Shown here piece by piece: positions 13,501 through 25,646 of a DNA stretch of 64,000 nucleotides. Where the stretch lies: assembly GCF_026210795.1 (NCBI RefSeq), contig NC_089436.1, positions 2,046,001 to 2,110,000 of the forward strand. Direction: 5' to 3'. Numbering within the stretch: the stretch's first letter is position 1; each line of letters opens with the position of its first letter. The stretch comes from Rhizophagus irregularis. Its lineage: Eukaryota. A program made the position numbers and the translations under genes. The notes below the pieces were generated by a model that did not search any database, had not been told where the DNA came from, and worked only from the letters and a program-made list of their open reading frames with translations.

Positions 13501-16257
13501 GGTGAAAATAAATGGGGTCCAATTTTCCATGATGAAGAAGTATTTGTTAGTGAGGAAGCACAATGTGTAGGACAAATTATTGGATTGATAGTAGCTGAGA
13601 GTAAAGCTATCGCACAAGAAGCCGCTCTATTAGTTGAAGTCAAATATGAAAAATTACCTCATATACTCACTATTGAAGAAGCTATTGATCAAAATAGCTT
13701 TTTTAATATTGAAAGAAAAATGATTAAAGGTGATGTTGATGAAGCTTTTCGACATTCTGATCATGTATTTGAAGGTGAAACTAGAATTGGTGGGCAAGGT
13801 AATTTACTGAAATTTTATTCAATTTTCAATGTATGGGCTTTATAAGTAAAAATAATTATAACAAATATATCTTTTGACTTTCCTTTTTGTATCATTTCAG
13901 AGCACTTCTATTTAGAAACAAATGCATCACTCGTAATACCGAAAAGCGAAGATAACGAATTTGAAGTTCACGCTTCAACGCAAAATCTAACAGAAACACA
14001 AATCATTGGAGCATCAGTATTAGGTATCGCTGCAAATAAAATTGTATGTAAAGTAAAAAGGCTAGGAGGTGGTTTTGGCGGCAAGGAAACTCGTAGTATA
14101 CCATTAACCTTGGCTTTAATGGTTGGAGCTTATCATCTGAAACGTCCTATTAGATGTATGTTAGATAGGGATGAAGACATAATTATTAGCGGTCAACGTC
14201 ATCCATTCCTTGGAAAATGGAAAGTTGGAGTTAACGATGATGGAAAGTTACAGGCGTTAGACTTAAGGGTAATTAAAATTATCAGATTAATAGGTATAAA
14301 CTAAACTTAAGCTAAACTCCGAACTTAAAATATTTAGATATATAATAATGCGGGATGGTCTGCAGATTTATCATCGGCAGTATTGGAAAGAGCAATTACG
14401 CATTCAGATAATTGTTATTATATACCAAATATAAGAATAATTGGTAAAATGTGTAAAACTAACACACATTCAAATACTGCTTTTCGTGGATTTGGTGGAC
14501 CACAAGGAATGATGATCACCGAAAACATTATTAGTGAAGTTGCCGATAAATTAGGAACTGATGTCGTTGAATTTAGAGTGAGTTCGAGTCTTTAGATAGA
14601 ACATAAATGTGAATTATGTTCTTCATTGGTGTATTTCAATGATATATCGCTGAAGTATTGACTAGTTTTATATACAAATCTTCTCATGTATTAATTAACA
14701 GGAAAAGAATTTTTATAGCGAGGGGCAATTAACTCATTTTAATATGAAATTAAATGATTGGCACATACCTTCAATGTATGAACAAGTTAAGATATCAAGC
14801 GAATATGTAAGACGGCGTCAAGAGATTAATGAATTTAACGAAAAACATAAATGGAGAAAAAGAGGATTAAGTTTAATACCAACAAAATTCGGTTTGTCCT
14901 TCACCGCTTTACATTTAAATCAAGCTGGTGCTCTTGTACATATTTATATAGATGGGAGCATACTCGTTAGTCATGGTAAGCTATAGAGACTATAGAGAAG
15001 AAAGATGAAGTAAGATGTTTATGCTAAAAAACATTTTACTTAAATCATTAGGTGGAGTTGAGATGGGACAAGGACTTCATACAAAAATGTTACAAGTTGC
15101 AGCCGAGGCTTTGGATGTTTCTTTAAATGATGGTCCGTATTTCACTATATATTTCACGTTGATTTAATTTCATTCTTTTTAACTCCTCAAAATCCAAATT
15201 AAAAAGTCCACTTAATGGAGACGGCTACAAATGTAGTTATAAATACATCATCTACGGCAGCCAGTGTTAGTAGTGATATTAATGGATATGCCGTGTTAAA
15301 TGCCTGTAAAGTTTTATCAGAAAGATTAAAACCATACCGAGAAAAAATGCCCGATAAAAGTTTCAAAGAGGTTAATAATTTGTTTGTTATAATTTTTCGA
15401 AATAAACAATCATTTAATTTTTGCGATTTTATCTTTTCATTTCTTTTGATATTTTTAGATTGTTAAAGCAGCATATTTAGATAGAGTAAATTTATCAGCA
15501 AATGGATTTTATAAAACACCAGATATAGGATATGATTGGGATAAAAATGAAGGACAAATGTTCCTTTACTTTACGACGGGTGCGGCTTGTACAGAAGTTG
15601 AAATTGATGTATTAACAGGGGATCATACAATACTAAGGACTGATCTAATAATGGATATTGGTAGAAGTTTGAACTATGCTATTGATGTTGGACAAATTGA
15701 AGGTGCCTTTATACAAGGTGTTGGTTGGTGTACAATCGAAGAATCTTTATTCTTACCTAATGGTCACATATTTACTAAAGGACCTGGAAATTATAAATTA
15801 CCTGGATTTAGGTGAGGATAGATGTTGATTTAAACTTTATATTATGTATATTTAATGAGAATTATTATTTGTTTAATTATTAATAGGGATATTCCTCAAG
15901 ATTTCAGAGTTACAACTTTTAGAGACGGTGAATATCCAAATTTGAAAACTATACATAGTAGTAAAGGTGTAGGTGAACCTCCTTTATTTTTGGGAAGTTC
16001 CGTATTCTTCGCTATTCGGGATGCCATTAAATTTGCAAGGTATGTTATATACTTAAATATATATATATATATATTTTTCATTTAATGTTTTTGACTACAA
16101 TTATAAAAATAGAAAAACGAATGGTAATAATGAAACTGTAGTGTTGAGATCTCCTGCTACACCGGAAAGAATTCGTATGGCTTGTATGGATGAAATTGTC
16201 ATATCTAATATTGTTGAGCCAAAGGAAAATGAAAAAGGATGGGTTATTGGTGTCTAA
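10599..16257 (+). CDS. XDH: Xanthine dehydrogenase (2Fe-2S, FAD and Mo-cofactor domains), about 20 exons
   Basis: [88 protein letters not shown]. The Glu/Arg substrate residues typical of XDH rather than aldehyde oxidase are present. Stop TAA at 16255-16257. Confidence 0.97.
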
Positions 16258-16559
16258 TAGATTCAATGTATGAAGTAAATATTATGGACTTCAACTGGAA
16301 AGCTTTGTTAGATTAAAAACTAAAAGTCAGTTAAAGAAATGAATTAAATGGATGAGTGACAAAACTTATTTTGATATTGAAGTATAATGTTAGAAAATCT
16401 ATATAATATTGATTTTTATTTATATAAAACGTACTTTAATTTCTTTATAATTATGAACCACACCGTAAAGATTAACAGTTATTAGTTTAAAATGCAGAAT
16501 CTAACCAACTAATTATTTTGCAGCAAAAAAATTTAGCAACTAAATACGTTGAGATTTCG

Positions 16560-17460
16560 TAACATATCGCATACAATTCTCATTCTCTACGAATGTCAGT
16601 CCTTTCCCTTCACTGAAATGTTTTCATTTATTCAAGAGAACTCTCGAGTGTGAATATCATCACACATCGAAAAAACGCTTATGATAACTATCCCATAGTC
16701 AACTTCATATAATTTGCAACACTTACAATATTCTCTTGGTCACTATCACTATCAATATCAATGATAAATAATTTCAATATTGTATTAATAAATTTATTCT
16801 TAACATATCGACAAAGATGGTGTATTGTTGTAACTTGATGGAAACCATCATGTTTTTCGCATGGTGACACTTGAGACATTGCTCTGGTTATCAATTGCAT
16901 CCTTGGATTCTTAGGTAGAACAAAAATGCGCGTGTACAAGACGACATTTCTCTGATGGGATTTCAGTTATCAACTCCAAACCTCCCAGAGCGCCGATCCA
17001 GAGCAATTCCCCATGCCTATTCATTGGTATTAGGCACGAAGTGACGCATTTAAAATATCTCTTGAATATGTTATACGTTGTCGACGCAATTCTACTATTG
17101 GTTGTATTTATTTTGTTTCTGACTTTTCATGATATCTGACTGTTATTTCACTGATGCTTCGATGGAAATTAGTCCAAAGGATACTCACAACACTCCATGT
17201 CATAATAATTGAAATTCGGTAGTCTGCCTCTCTTCTTTCCTGTAGAACCGAAGGAAGAGTGTTTCCCCGAGTCCTAGAGTTTTTTTGTTTTTACAACTAT
17301 GAACAGCTACAACAGAATAACGATCTGCATGCTTAGTGTTCTTTTTGTCATGTGATAGGTGCATGTTCAAATTTCAAAAAAAACATGAACTTAGGTAGAT
17401 GCTAGGTCATATGATACTGAGCCTGAAATAATTGATCCATCCTGGAGAGCATCCCGACAT
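16560..17460 (-). ncRNA. Candidate long structured non-coding RNA, family unassigned
   Basis: Relatively GC-rich intergenic island with no credible ORF and many nested helices (16808-16814/17078-17084, 16878-16887/16998-17007, 16897-16905/16921-16929, 17014-17019/17031-17036). Several helices pair fully only via G-U on the minus strand. Confidence 0.5.
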
Positions 17461-17925
17461 TTGAGTAAGTTCGTTGATAGTGTAGAAAGAGATTAACCTG
17501 TTATAATGATCATATTGAAGATATAAAATGGTGTGTATTAGTCATCTCTATATGGTAGGCAAAATTGAAATAATAATTTATTAATATTTATCTCAAATAC
17601 TCCATGATACTATTTATTACATATATTATTAATATCGTGTAGGTAACTCTGAACACCTATAAAATAAGTTGTTATCAACAAACTGAATTATTATCTAACC
17701 TTTATGAAAAAAAGCTAAAATAGTTGTACTATTCTAGTGTGTGCAAATTTTGAAAAAATGCTTATTTGTATTATATCAATGAAATAATGCTAAGAAGGTA
17801 AAAAGGTATCTTAATCATTAGATCGTATATGTGTATACTGTTTTTACAATGATTCCCTTTCCTCTTAATAGATTTTCATTTGTTATTTATAAAACATTCT
17901 ATTAACAAAATGCTATATAAGAAAT

Positions 17926-18907
17926 CTAGACATCCGCCTCACTAACTTCTTTCCGCTTCCTAGTACTATTAGGGTAAATTCACATCAGCCATTTAATAAA
18001 TTCAAATATTAACATAATTGTTAAATATCACTAACCTCTTCCTTGTTTTCAGTGGATTTGTTGATGTTGATGTTGATGTTGATGTAATGCCTTCATATTC
18101 TTCTTCTTCTGCATTTCTATTGTAATAACCCATTTTTTTAAGCGATGCACAATCATTTTATTCAGTTAATTAAATAATTGCATATTACTTACCTTTTTCG
18201 ACCCCTTCTCTTTTTTATTTGTACAGGCGCGGATGGTTCTGCTTCGTCTCCACTCAGAATGCCTTCCATATTACTGATAATACCAGTAGTCGCGGCAGAA
18301 GAAGAAGCTTCTACATCTCCAGTTTCTACGGGATCCGGTATATTAGCGACAACATCTTTCAGAAAATCGAATTGTTCTGTTGTCATAATAGTCTTCTTTC
18401 TATATAAAATTCCAAGTAAATAGTAGATCGGCAAGAGCGCATAAGTAAATTAACCATGACATATACGATTATATTAAATTGTGAAATAAAAAATCTTTTG
18501 CTTACAAATGCGAAACAGACATCCGTTTTGCATTCCTGGCTCTCGTTTCTTGGCATGCATGATCTATTAGTGATTGCATAAACAATTCCAATGCTTTGGC
18601 TATAGAAAGTTATATTGTGTATTAAAAAAGATTATATTTAGTATCCAAAAACTCTTAAATAAAGCAGAATTTACAACTCACAAATTAAGACCGGTGTGGC
18701 TTGAGCAACTTTTCCTACATCTTCGTCCATTTGCATGATCTTCTTAATCCGGGCCTTCATGTAATATAATTTAAGTAATATAATTTAAGTAATATAATTT
18801 AAGTAATAAAAGTGAGAGAAAATTATAAAAGAAAATATTTAAGACTTGATCTACAAATTGAATATACTTGCCACCGGAAATTTTGTTTTGTACTTTTTTC
18901 TCATCAT
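17926..18907 (-). CDS. DRAP1: Negative cofactor 2 alpha subunit (DRAP1/Bur6), histone-fold protein
   Basis: [46 protein letters not shown]...[10 protein letters not shown]; multi-exon; first intron probably GC-AG (18871-18755); stop TAG at 17926-17928. Confidence 0.92.
18761..18807. repeat. 14-bp tandem repeat (GTAATATAATTTAA) x ~3.4 in DRAP1 intron 1
   Basis: Directly visible perfect repeats. Confidence 0.9.
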
Positions 18908-19033
18908 GGGTTTAGAGAAATATTATCTGAAAGAAAAATTTATATGTAGAAAATTTTAATTTGATAATTAAACTCGGCACTAGAATGTTGTGCTTGTAAA
19001 ACATTTTATTTCACATGATTACATGATAGAATA

Positions 19034-19602
19034 CTCCGAAAAATGGTAGCCGGATCAAATTTCCGGGTTACACATGATTTCGGAAATGAACTGTTTTTTA
19101 TTTGATTATGTCAAGCCAGCAAAACAAAAGTCTGTAAAGGGTGTCATGTTTGAAGAGTTTCTGAATATAAAAGATGTTGCTTTAAAAAAGTGTTTACGTT
19201 GCCGAAATAATATAAAGACTATTTGCAGGAAATATTAAATAGATATACACGAATATTATGATATAATTTTTTATTGATGTAAATATTAATTAAGAATTAT
19301 TAAAGAATCACGTAACAAGCCAAAACGGTTAAAAATGTTTGTTCTAATTTTAACTCTTGAAAATCGTAAAACTATGCCGAGAACTTGGAAAGATTTTAAT
19401 AAGAATACAAGGTATTGGGATTTGGGAATAGTAGTATTAAACTTTCAGAAACATGTTTATACGTCTGTTGTGCTTTAATAAAATTCTGACAATTGAGATG
19501 TGTATAAATATTGAAAATTGTTACAATGGTCGAAAATACCAAAAATCATTATCCGAAATCACGTGTAACCGGCAAATTAGATCTGGCTACCATTTTTTGG
19601 GT
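19034..19602. mobile_element. MITE-like element with ~50 bp terminal inverted repeats in the DRAP1/AKR divergent promoter
   Basis: AAAAATGGTAGCCGGATCAAATTTCCGGGTTACACATGATTTCGGAAATGA (~19039-19089) is the near reverse complement of TCATTATCCGAAATCACGTGTAACCGGCAAATTAGATCTGGCTACCATTTTT (~19546-19597). Exact ends and TSD are unclear. Confidence 0.7.
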
Positions 19603-19686
19603 GGCTATATTCGTTCCTAAAAAAATTTTATTTTAATTTTTTTATTTTTTATAATCAAAATTTCACGTTATCAAATTATTAAAAGA

Positions 19687-20933
19687 ATGGCTGAAACAGC
19701 CAAATTAACGCTTTCTTCTACAGCTACTCTTAATGATGGTCGCAAAATTCCTTTAATAGGCATGTATCGGATTCATTATTTGTTAATTTATTGACGCAGC
19801 AATTAAAATTTTAAGATACAAATAGGATTGGGTGTGTATCAAGCACCTAAAGGCGACACTACTCAGAATGCTGTTACATGGGCCTTGGAGGTAATAAATC
19901 ATTAATATTTTGACAAATTTTGGCAAGTTCAATCTAATTTCATTATATATGTAGGCTGGATACAGGCATATCGATACTGCGGCTTTATACAAAAATGAAG
20001 CTGATGTAGGAATTGCTGTTAATAAAAGGTTTCCTATTAGTTAATCATTCTCCTGTCAATCTAATTTTTACGTTTATTCATGAGCCATTGTCTAATTTAA
20101 TAGTGGAATTCCACGAGAAGAAATATGGATTACGACAAAAATCTGGGATTCAGATCAAGGATATGAAAAAACATTACAAGCAGCCGAAAGATCTCTAGAA
20201 AAACTACAATCAGAATATATTGATTTATTAATTTTACATTCGCCATTACGGGGTTCTCAATTGCGTAAAGAAAGTTATGATGCTTTACAACAATTGGTTA
20301 GATTGGGTAAAGTTAAGAGTATTGGTGTATCAAATTATAGTGTTAAACATTTAAAAGAATTGCTAGAACAGAAACCGGAGATCAAGCCTACCGTTAATCA
20401 AGTTGAGGTAATTTTAACTTCATAAGCTTATTTTATTTTGAAATATTAATTGTGAAGTTCTTTAGATTCATCCTTGGTTGACGAGAAATGACATTACGAC
20501 GTTTTGTTTACAAAACGACATTGTTGTAGAAGCTTATTCTCCACTTACCAAGGGAAAAAAGTTAAAGGATCCTACTTTGGTACAAATAGCCGAAAGATAT
20601 AATAAATCTTCTGCCCAGATTTTGATTCGTTGGGTAAATATTCAGCTGACACTTACCAAAATAATGTATAGTTATATTAATTATTTCTTTCTCGATTAAA
20701 GGGACTTCAACATGGATTTGTTACTTTACCAAAAAGTATTAATAAAGATCGTATAATTCAAAACACTGATGTATATGATTTTGAAATTAGAGAAGAGGAT
20801 ATGAAGATCCTTGATGATTTGGATGAATATTTAACCACAGGTAAGGTAGTTCCATATTACTAGAATACAACATAATTTCTTGTTAAGTAAAAGTTTGTTT
20901 GTTTTAGGTTGGGATCCCACTACTTGTGAATAG
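19687..20933 (+). CDS. Aldo-keto reductase (AKR5 / 2,5-diketo-D-gluconate reductase-like)
   Basis: [80 protein letters not shown]. The catalytic D/Y/K/H tetrad is present. Confidence 0.95.
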
Positions 20934-21187
20934 TTTCATTTATATTCAGTGCTATGGCATTAGAAAATGCCGAAAAAAAATCAAATTTACTTCCATAAAA
21001 TAAATTCTAGTAATTTATTCAAAAAAGCCTGGTGTAAACTAAGATAAATAGTGCGGATTGGAAATTATATTTTTAATAAATACATTACAAGGTCACATGG
21101 ATATAAGTGCGTTGAAATAGAAAAAAGCCAAATTATTAACTATTACTAGCTTGATAAATAAAATTAATAAAATTATAATAACGATAA

Positions 21188-21720
21188 TGGATCAATCACA
21201 ACGTCGGGTTACTTTGGTGAATTCCGCACAAAGTCGAATCTGATTTCTCCCAAATGCAAAGTTATTATCGAAGGTATTGAGCTTGGATCAAATTTTCATA
21301 CAAATATCTGGAACATAATAAAGAAATTGTTAAGTAGATGATGTTACAAGAGCCTTAAAAACGATAAGGTATCCTTTCAAATAAACATTGATACTACTTT
21401 TTGGCATGTTAATGTTTGACATTTTTTAATGTAACACGTTATTTTTATAAAAGTTGGCTAACTTTATTTTAGGAATGTTAAGATAGTTGGAGAATATGAA
21501 CTAATAGCTCATTAACTCTGGTTCTCTTTTTTTTACAATGCAAAAGGCGAAAACTAAGAATTTTCAATCGAAGTTAATGCAGTCTGATTATTTTGTTACT
21601 GATAACCAATTTAATATAAAAGTCAATCAAGCTCGAGTTGTCAAAATACTTTAATACCTATATGATGATTTTGGAGATGAGGAGTCAGACTTGCATATTA
21701 AGAAGAAGTAAAAATAGACT
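21188..21720 (+). pseudogene. Disrupted gene fragment, possibly TLDc-domain
   Basis: ATG 21188 followed by in-frame stops; intron-like segment 21369-21472; fragments NVKIVGEY, ARVVKI and DFGDEESDLHI resemble TLDc motifs. Confidence 0.35.
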
Positions 21721-21782
21721 TGTGATACAATTTGAAAAAGTCAGCGGATTGAAACAAATTTTAGAGTTTTGGACGAAAATTT

Positions 21783-21899
21783 TGGGGGTGGTGCTTATTT
21801 TGATATTATTTTTATTAGAAATATATATAACTTTTGCATAAAAAAGTTTGAGTGGGGTGCTTATTTTCGAGGGGTGCTTAATTTCAATAAAATACGGTA
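21783..21899. mobile_element. Truncated Tc1/mariner-type MITE end
   Basis: Three GGGGTGCTTA(T/A)TTT subterminal repeats ending in AAAATACGG-TA; no partner end found. Confidence 0.45.
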
Positions 21900-22085
21900 A
21901 ATTCCCGGATGTTATTTAAATTATAAAATATCACGTGATGCTTAACAAGACGTATAATATTTGTAACGCCGTAATGCCGACCAGAAATAGGAAATATCTC
22001 ATTTATCACATCAAGATATAAATTTACGATTATCGTGAAGAATTTAAATTAATATACTTTTGTTTTTTAGCGGAAAATTAGGAAA

Positions 22086-23603
22086 ATGTCATCGATCGTT
22101 GACAAGATTAAAGAAAGTTGGTATCATTTTATTATTAATTTTTATATTTTAATTTTCATTGCTTAAAAATGGTTAGTGTTTTAGCTATTGATATTTTTTT
22201 TTTTGGAATACTATTGAAAAGTTGAAGCCGAAATGGCACGTACACAAAAGAATAAAGCTACATCGTACCATCTAGGTACTTTGAAAGCTAAGTTAGCTAA
22301 ATTACGTAAAGAACTTATGACACCTCAAGGAGGAAGCGGAGGAGGGGGTGGTGGTACGTTATTATCAACAATCAGAGTGAGGAATATTTATTACCTAAAA
22401 AGCATGTTTTTGTAAATACATTTTCTACCAATTAATACCCTTTGTTTTATTTGTGTAGTCGGTTTTGACGTAGCAAAGACGGGAGTTGCAAGAATAGGAT
22501 TTGTTGGATTTCCATCAGTAGGGAAATCTACATTAATGTCTAAATTAACGGGAACATTTTCAGCAGTAGCAGCTTATGAATTTACAACATTAACAACAGT
22601 ACCAGGAGTATTACAATACAAAGGAGCAAAAATTCAAATATTAGATTTACCCGGTATAGTAGAAGGAGCTAAAGACGGTCGTGGTAGAGGCCGTCAAGTA
22701 ATTGCAGTAGCACGAACATGTTCATTGATCTTTTTGGTTCTAGATGTATTGAAACCGCTTACACATAAAAAAATCATCGAAACAGAATTAGAAGGATTTG
22801 GGATAAGATTGAATAAACAGCCACCAAATATTTATTTTAAGAAAAAGGATAAAGGTGGTATTAATATGACTAATACAGTACCCTTAACTAATCTAGATTT
22901 GGATCAAGTCAAAGCTGTATTGAGTGAATATAGAATTCACAATGCTGATGTTAATTTTAAATGTGATGCTACTGTTGATGATTTAATTGATGTGATTGAG
23001 GGAAGGATTTATATACCTGCTATATATGTTCTTAATAAGGTACACTGTCTCTAATGGATTAAGGAAGATTTTTATTCAAACTTATACTAAAGAAAGTTTA
23101 TGTAGATCGATCAAATTAGTATTGAAGAATTAGATTTGATTTATAAAATTCCACATGCAGTTCCTATTTCAGCTCATCATGAATGGAATTTTGATGAGTT
23201 ATTAGATAAAACGTGGGAATATCTTGATTTAATTAGAATGTAAGTAATAAAATACTACATTTCATTAATTTATTTAATTATTCACGTATTGTTTTTTCTT
23301 TCACTTTTAGTTACACGAAACCAAAAGGTCAATTACCAGATTATAGTGCACCAGTTGTATTAAGACAAAATCAACGCACAGTTGAAGATTTTTGCAACAG
23401 TATTCATAAAGGAATTGTCAAACAATTTAAATAGTAAGTAATTAATGATGGAAATTTTAAAAACCTTTTTTTTATGAATTTTTAAACAATTTTTTTTTAA
23501 TAGTGCATTGGTATGGGGAAGCTCAGCTAAACATCAACCACAAAAAGTTGGATTAACCCATGTACTTAACGATGAAGATGTTGTACAGTTAGTCAAGCAA
23601 TAA
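22086..23603 (+). CDS. DRG1: Developmentally regulated GTP-binding protein 1 (Rbg1), OBG family with TGS domain
   Basis: [88 protein letters not shown]. Confidence 0.96.
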
Positions 23604-23781
23604 TATAAAATAAAATTGTATTGATATTTGTTCAAAAAATAAGAAAGAAATGGTATAGGATTATTTTTCATTTTGATTTAATTATTAATGCAAATTTAAC
23701 TTAATGCATATGCATATTTAATTCAAGATATATTATATTCTGTTCATTTAATGTAAATTTGGTTTGCTATTATATTATAAA

Positions 23782-25488
23782 TTATAAAATATCTTGTTCA
23801 TCATTCAATACTATTTCTTTTTCTTTATGTTTACTACTACTATTAAGTTTTTTTAATACAGAAAATGGTTGTTCAAAAGCATCTTGTATTTTCTTTACCT
23901 AAATAAATACAGAATATTTAATAATAATCTTTTTATTGTTTTTATTGTTCAATCCATTTATTACCTTTTGTTCGCCAATTCCTGGACAGATCGACATATC
24001 TTCTGGTGTGGCTTCCATAATATTTTTTAAGGACTATAGTTACAAGTATTTGGAGATATAATTTTAATATACGCTCATTAATAGTATGTAATTGATAATA
24101 ATACATACTCCAAATGTGGATGCGAGAGTAACTACATCTGTCTTGTTAACAAATCTAATTTGTGTCATACAATGTGTTAGCTTTCAAATGATATATAAAT
24201 AAAAATTCAATTTTAGTAATTTTAGTAAATTAGTTAAATATAATATTTGAATTTGAATATACTTACTTTTGATAAATAATCATTTTCTATTTTTTCCATA
24301 ATCAAATCAGGCGGTTTGTGCTCAAAGACTTTATAAGTTTCTAAATATCTACCAGCTTCTTCTGAACTATAAATAAAAAATTTTTTACCTTATATCTTTA
24401 CATTTAAGATAAGAAATTAAATCAATTACCTCCAAGATAATATCATTGTAAAATTATTTATAACACATATCTTTGTAAGTTCTCTTATAGATTCTTTATG
24501 ACTATCCTGTTAAAAAACATAAAAACATGAAAAATTAGAGAAGAAAGTTTAATTTTAGAAATAAATTATTAGACAATCCTTACTGTATCAACAAGAACTA
24601 ATAATATCCTTAATACATATGAATGTACTAATTTATCCATTCTATTGTAAATATATTCAGGATGAAGTCGATGATATCTAAGACTAAAGTAGATTTTAAA
24701 ATCGCATAAATTCATTTATGAAGCGTTAAATCAATGAACTTTACAATTTTTTGATGTACCTTAAGAATAAAGCACAAGTTGTTTGACCTACTACGTAATC
24801 AGGAACAATGTCACCAAATTCCCAAGGTACATTACGTATAAATTGTAATACAGGATTTCCTCTCTACAAAAGAGAGAAGAATACATATAATAATCAGAAT
24901 TAACCTCTCTTAATGATAGCTAAAAAGAAAATCTTTCTTGGATATAAATACTTGACATCCGTTAACAATAATAGAATTCGTAGAATATCCAACACGTTTA
25001 TTAATACTTGTCAAAGGTTTATTTGTATTGATTAATGATCCCTTATCTAAAACTTCTCTTGAACATTTTAAAATATGATCAAATCTTATTGGACCCAGCA
25101 ATTGACCTCCAAACCATCTTGTAACTACTACTACAACATTTTTTGCGTCTAATGTTTTTAACAATGTTAATACACGATTTCCTGCGTAAGTTTCTCCATC
25201 GTCATTATATTCTTCTATGATAGTTCCATCAGAAAGTTGTATACGAAAAGCTAATATATTATGCGTTGCTCCCTTTTCAGTTGCTTGTACTTCTCTCCAA
25301 AATGATTCCGCCCCTTCTTTACTTAGAACTTTTTTCGCATGTGCTACAAATTTACTTTTACGATCTATTATACTAGAACTGTGAAATAAAGTTAATGACG
25401 TATCATTATTTGTTTCAGTGTTAGTTACTTGTTGATTTGAGGCAGTCGTAGCAGTTTCCTCATTAATTCGCATTTCGTGTTCTGTCAT
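23782..25488 (-). CDS. ERCC1: Fusion of an N-terminal IMPACT/YigZ (UPF0029) domain to the DNA excision repair protein ERCC1/Rad10
   Basis: Exon 1 (25488-24952) encodes [43 protein letters not shown] and then NSIIVNGCQ. It splices in frame to [23 protein letters not shown]...[15 protein letters not shown]...[15 protein letters not shown]...VNKTD...[12 protein letters not shown] (ERCC1 central and HhH domains). Stop at 23782-23784. Confidence 0.88.
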
Positions 25489-25646
25489 GGTTTTTGGTTG
25501 TGAAAAAGTTGGTAATTTGACAATCTGATAGGCTAAATTAAGATCATCAGATAATGGTAAAATTTTTAAATCGATTTTCGCACCAAAAATAGGGTTCTAC
25601 ACGGAATTTTATTCTTGTTATACTTGTTTACCGAAAAGCAGGAAAA

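Noticed and set aside
16688..16939. 83-aa ORF (MYTRIFVLPKNPRMQ...)
   Set aside because: Non-ATG start, no recognisable motif or splice partners; overlaps the base-paired region better explained as RNA structure.
17209..17222. GAAATTCGGT resembling RNase P RNA CR-I on the plus strand
   Set aside because: No convincing CR-V/P4 partner or P1-P3 helices; a T7 run follows within 60 nt; most G-U evidence favours the minus strand.
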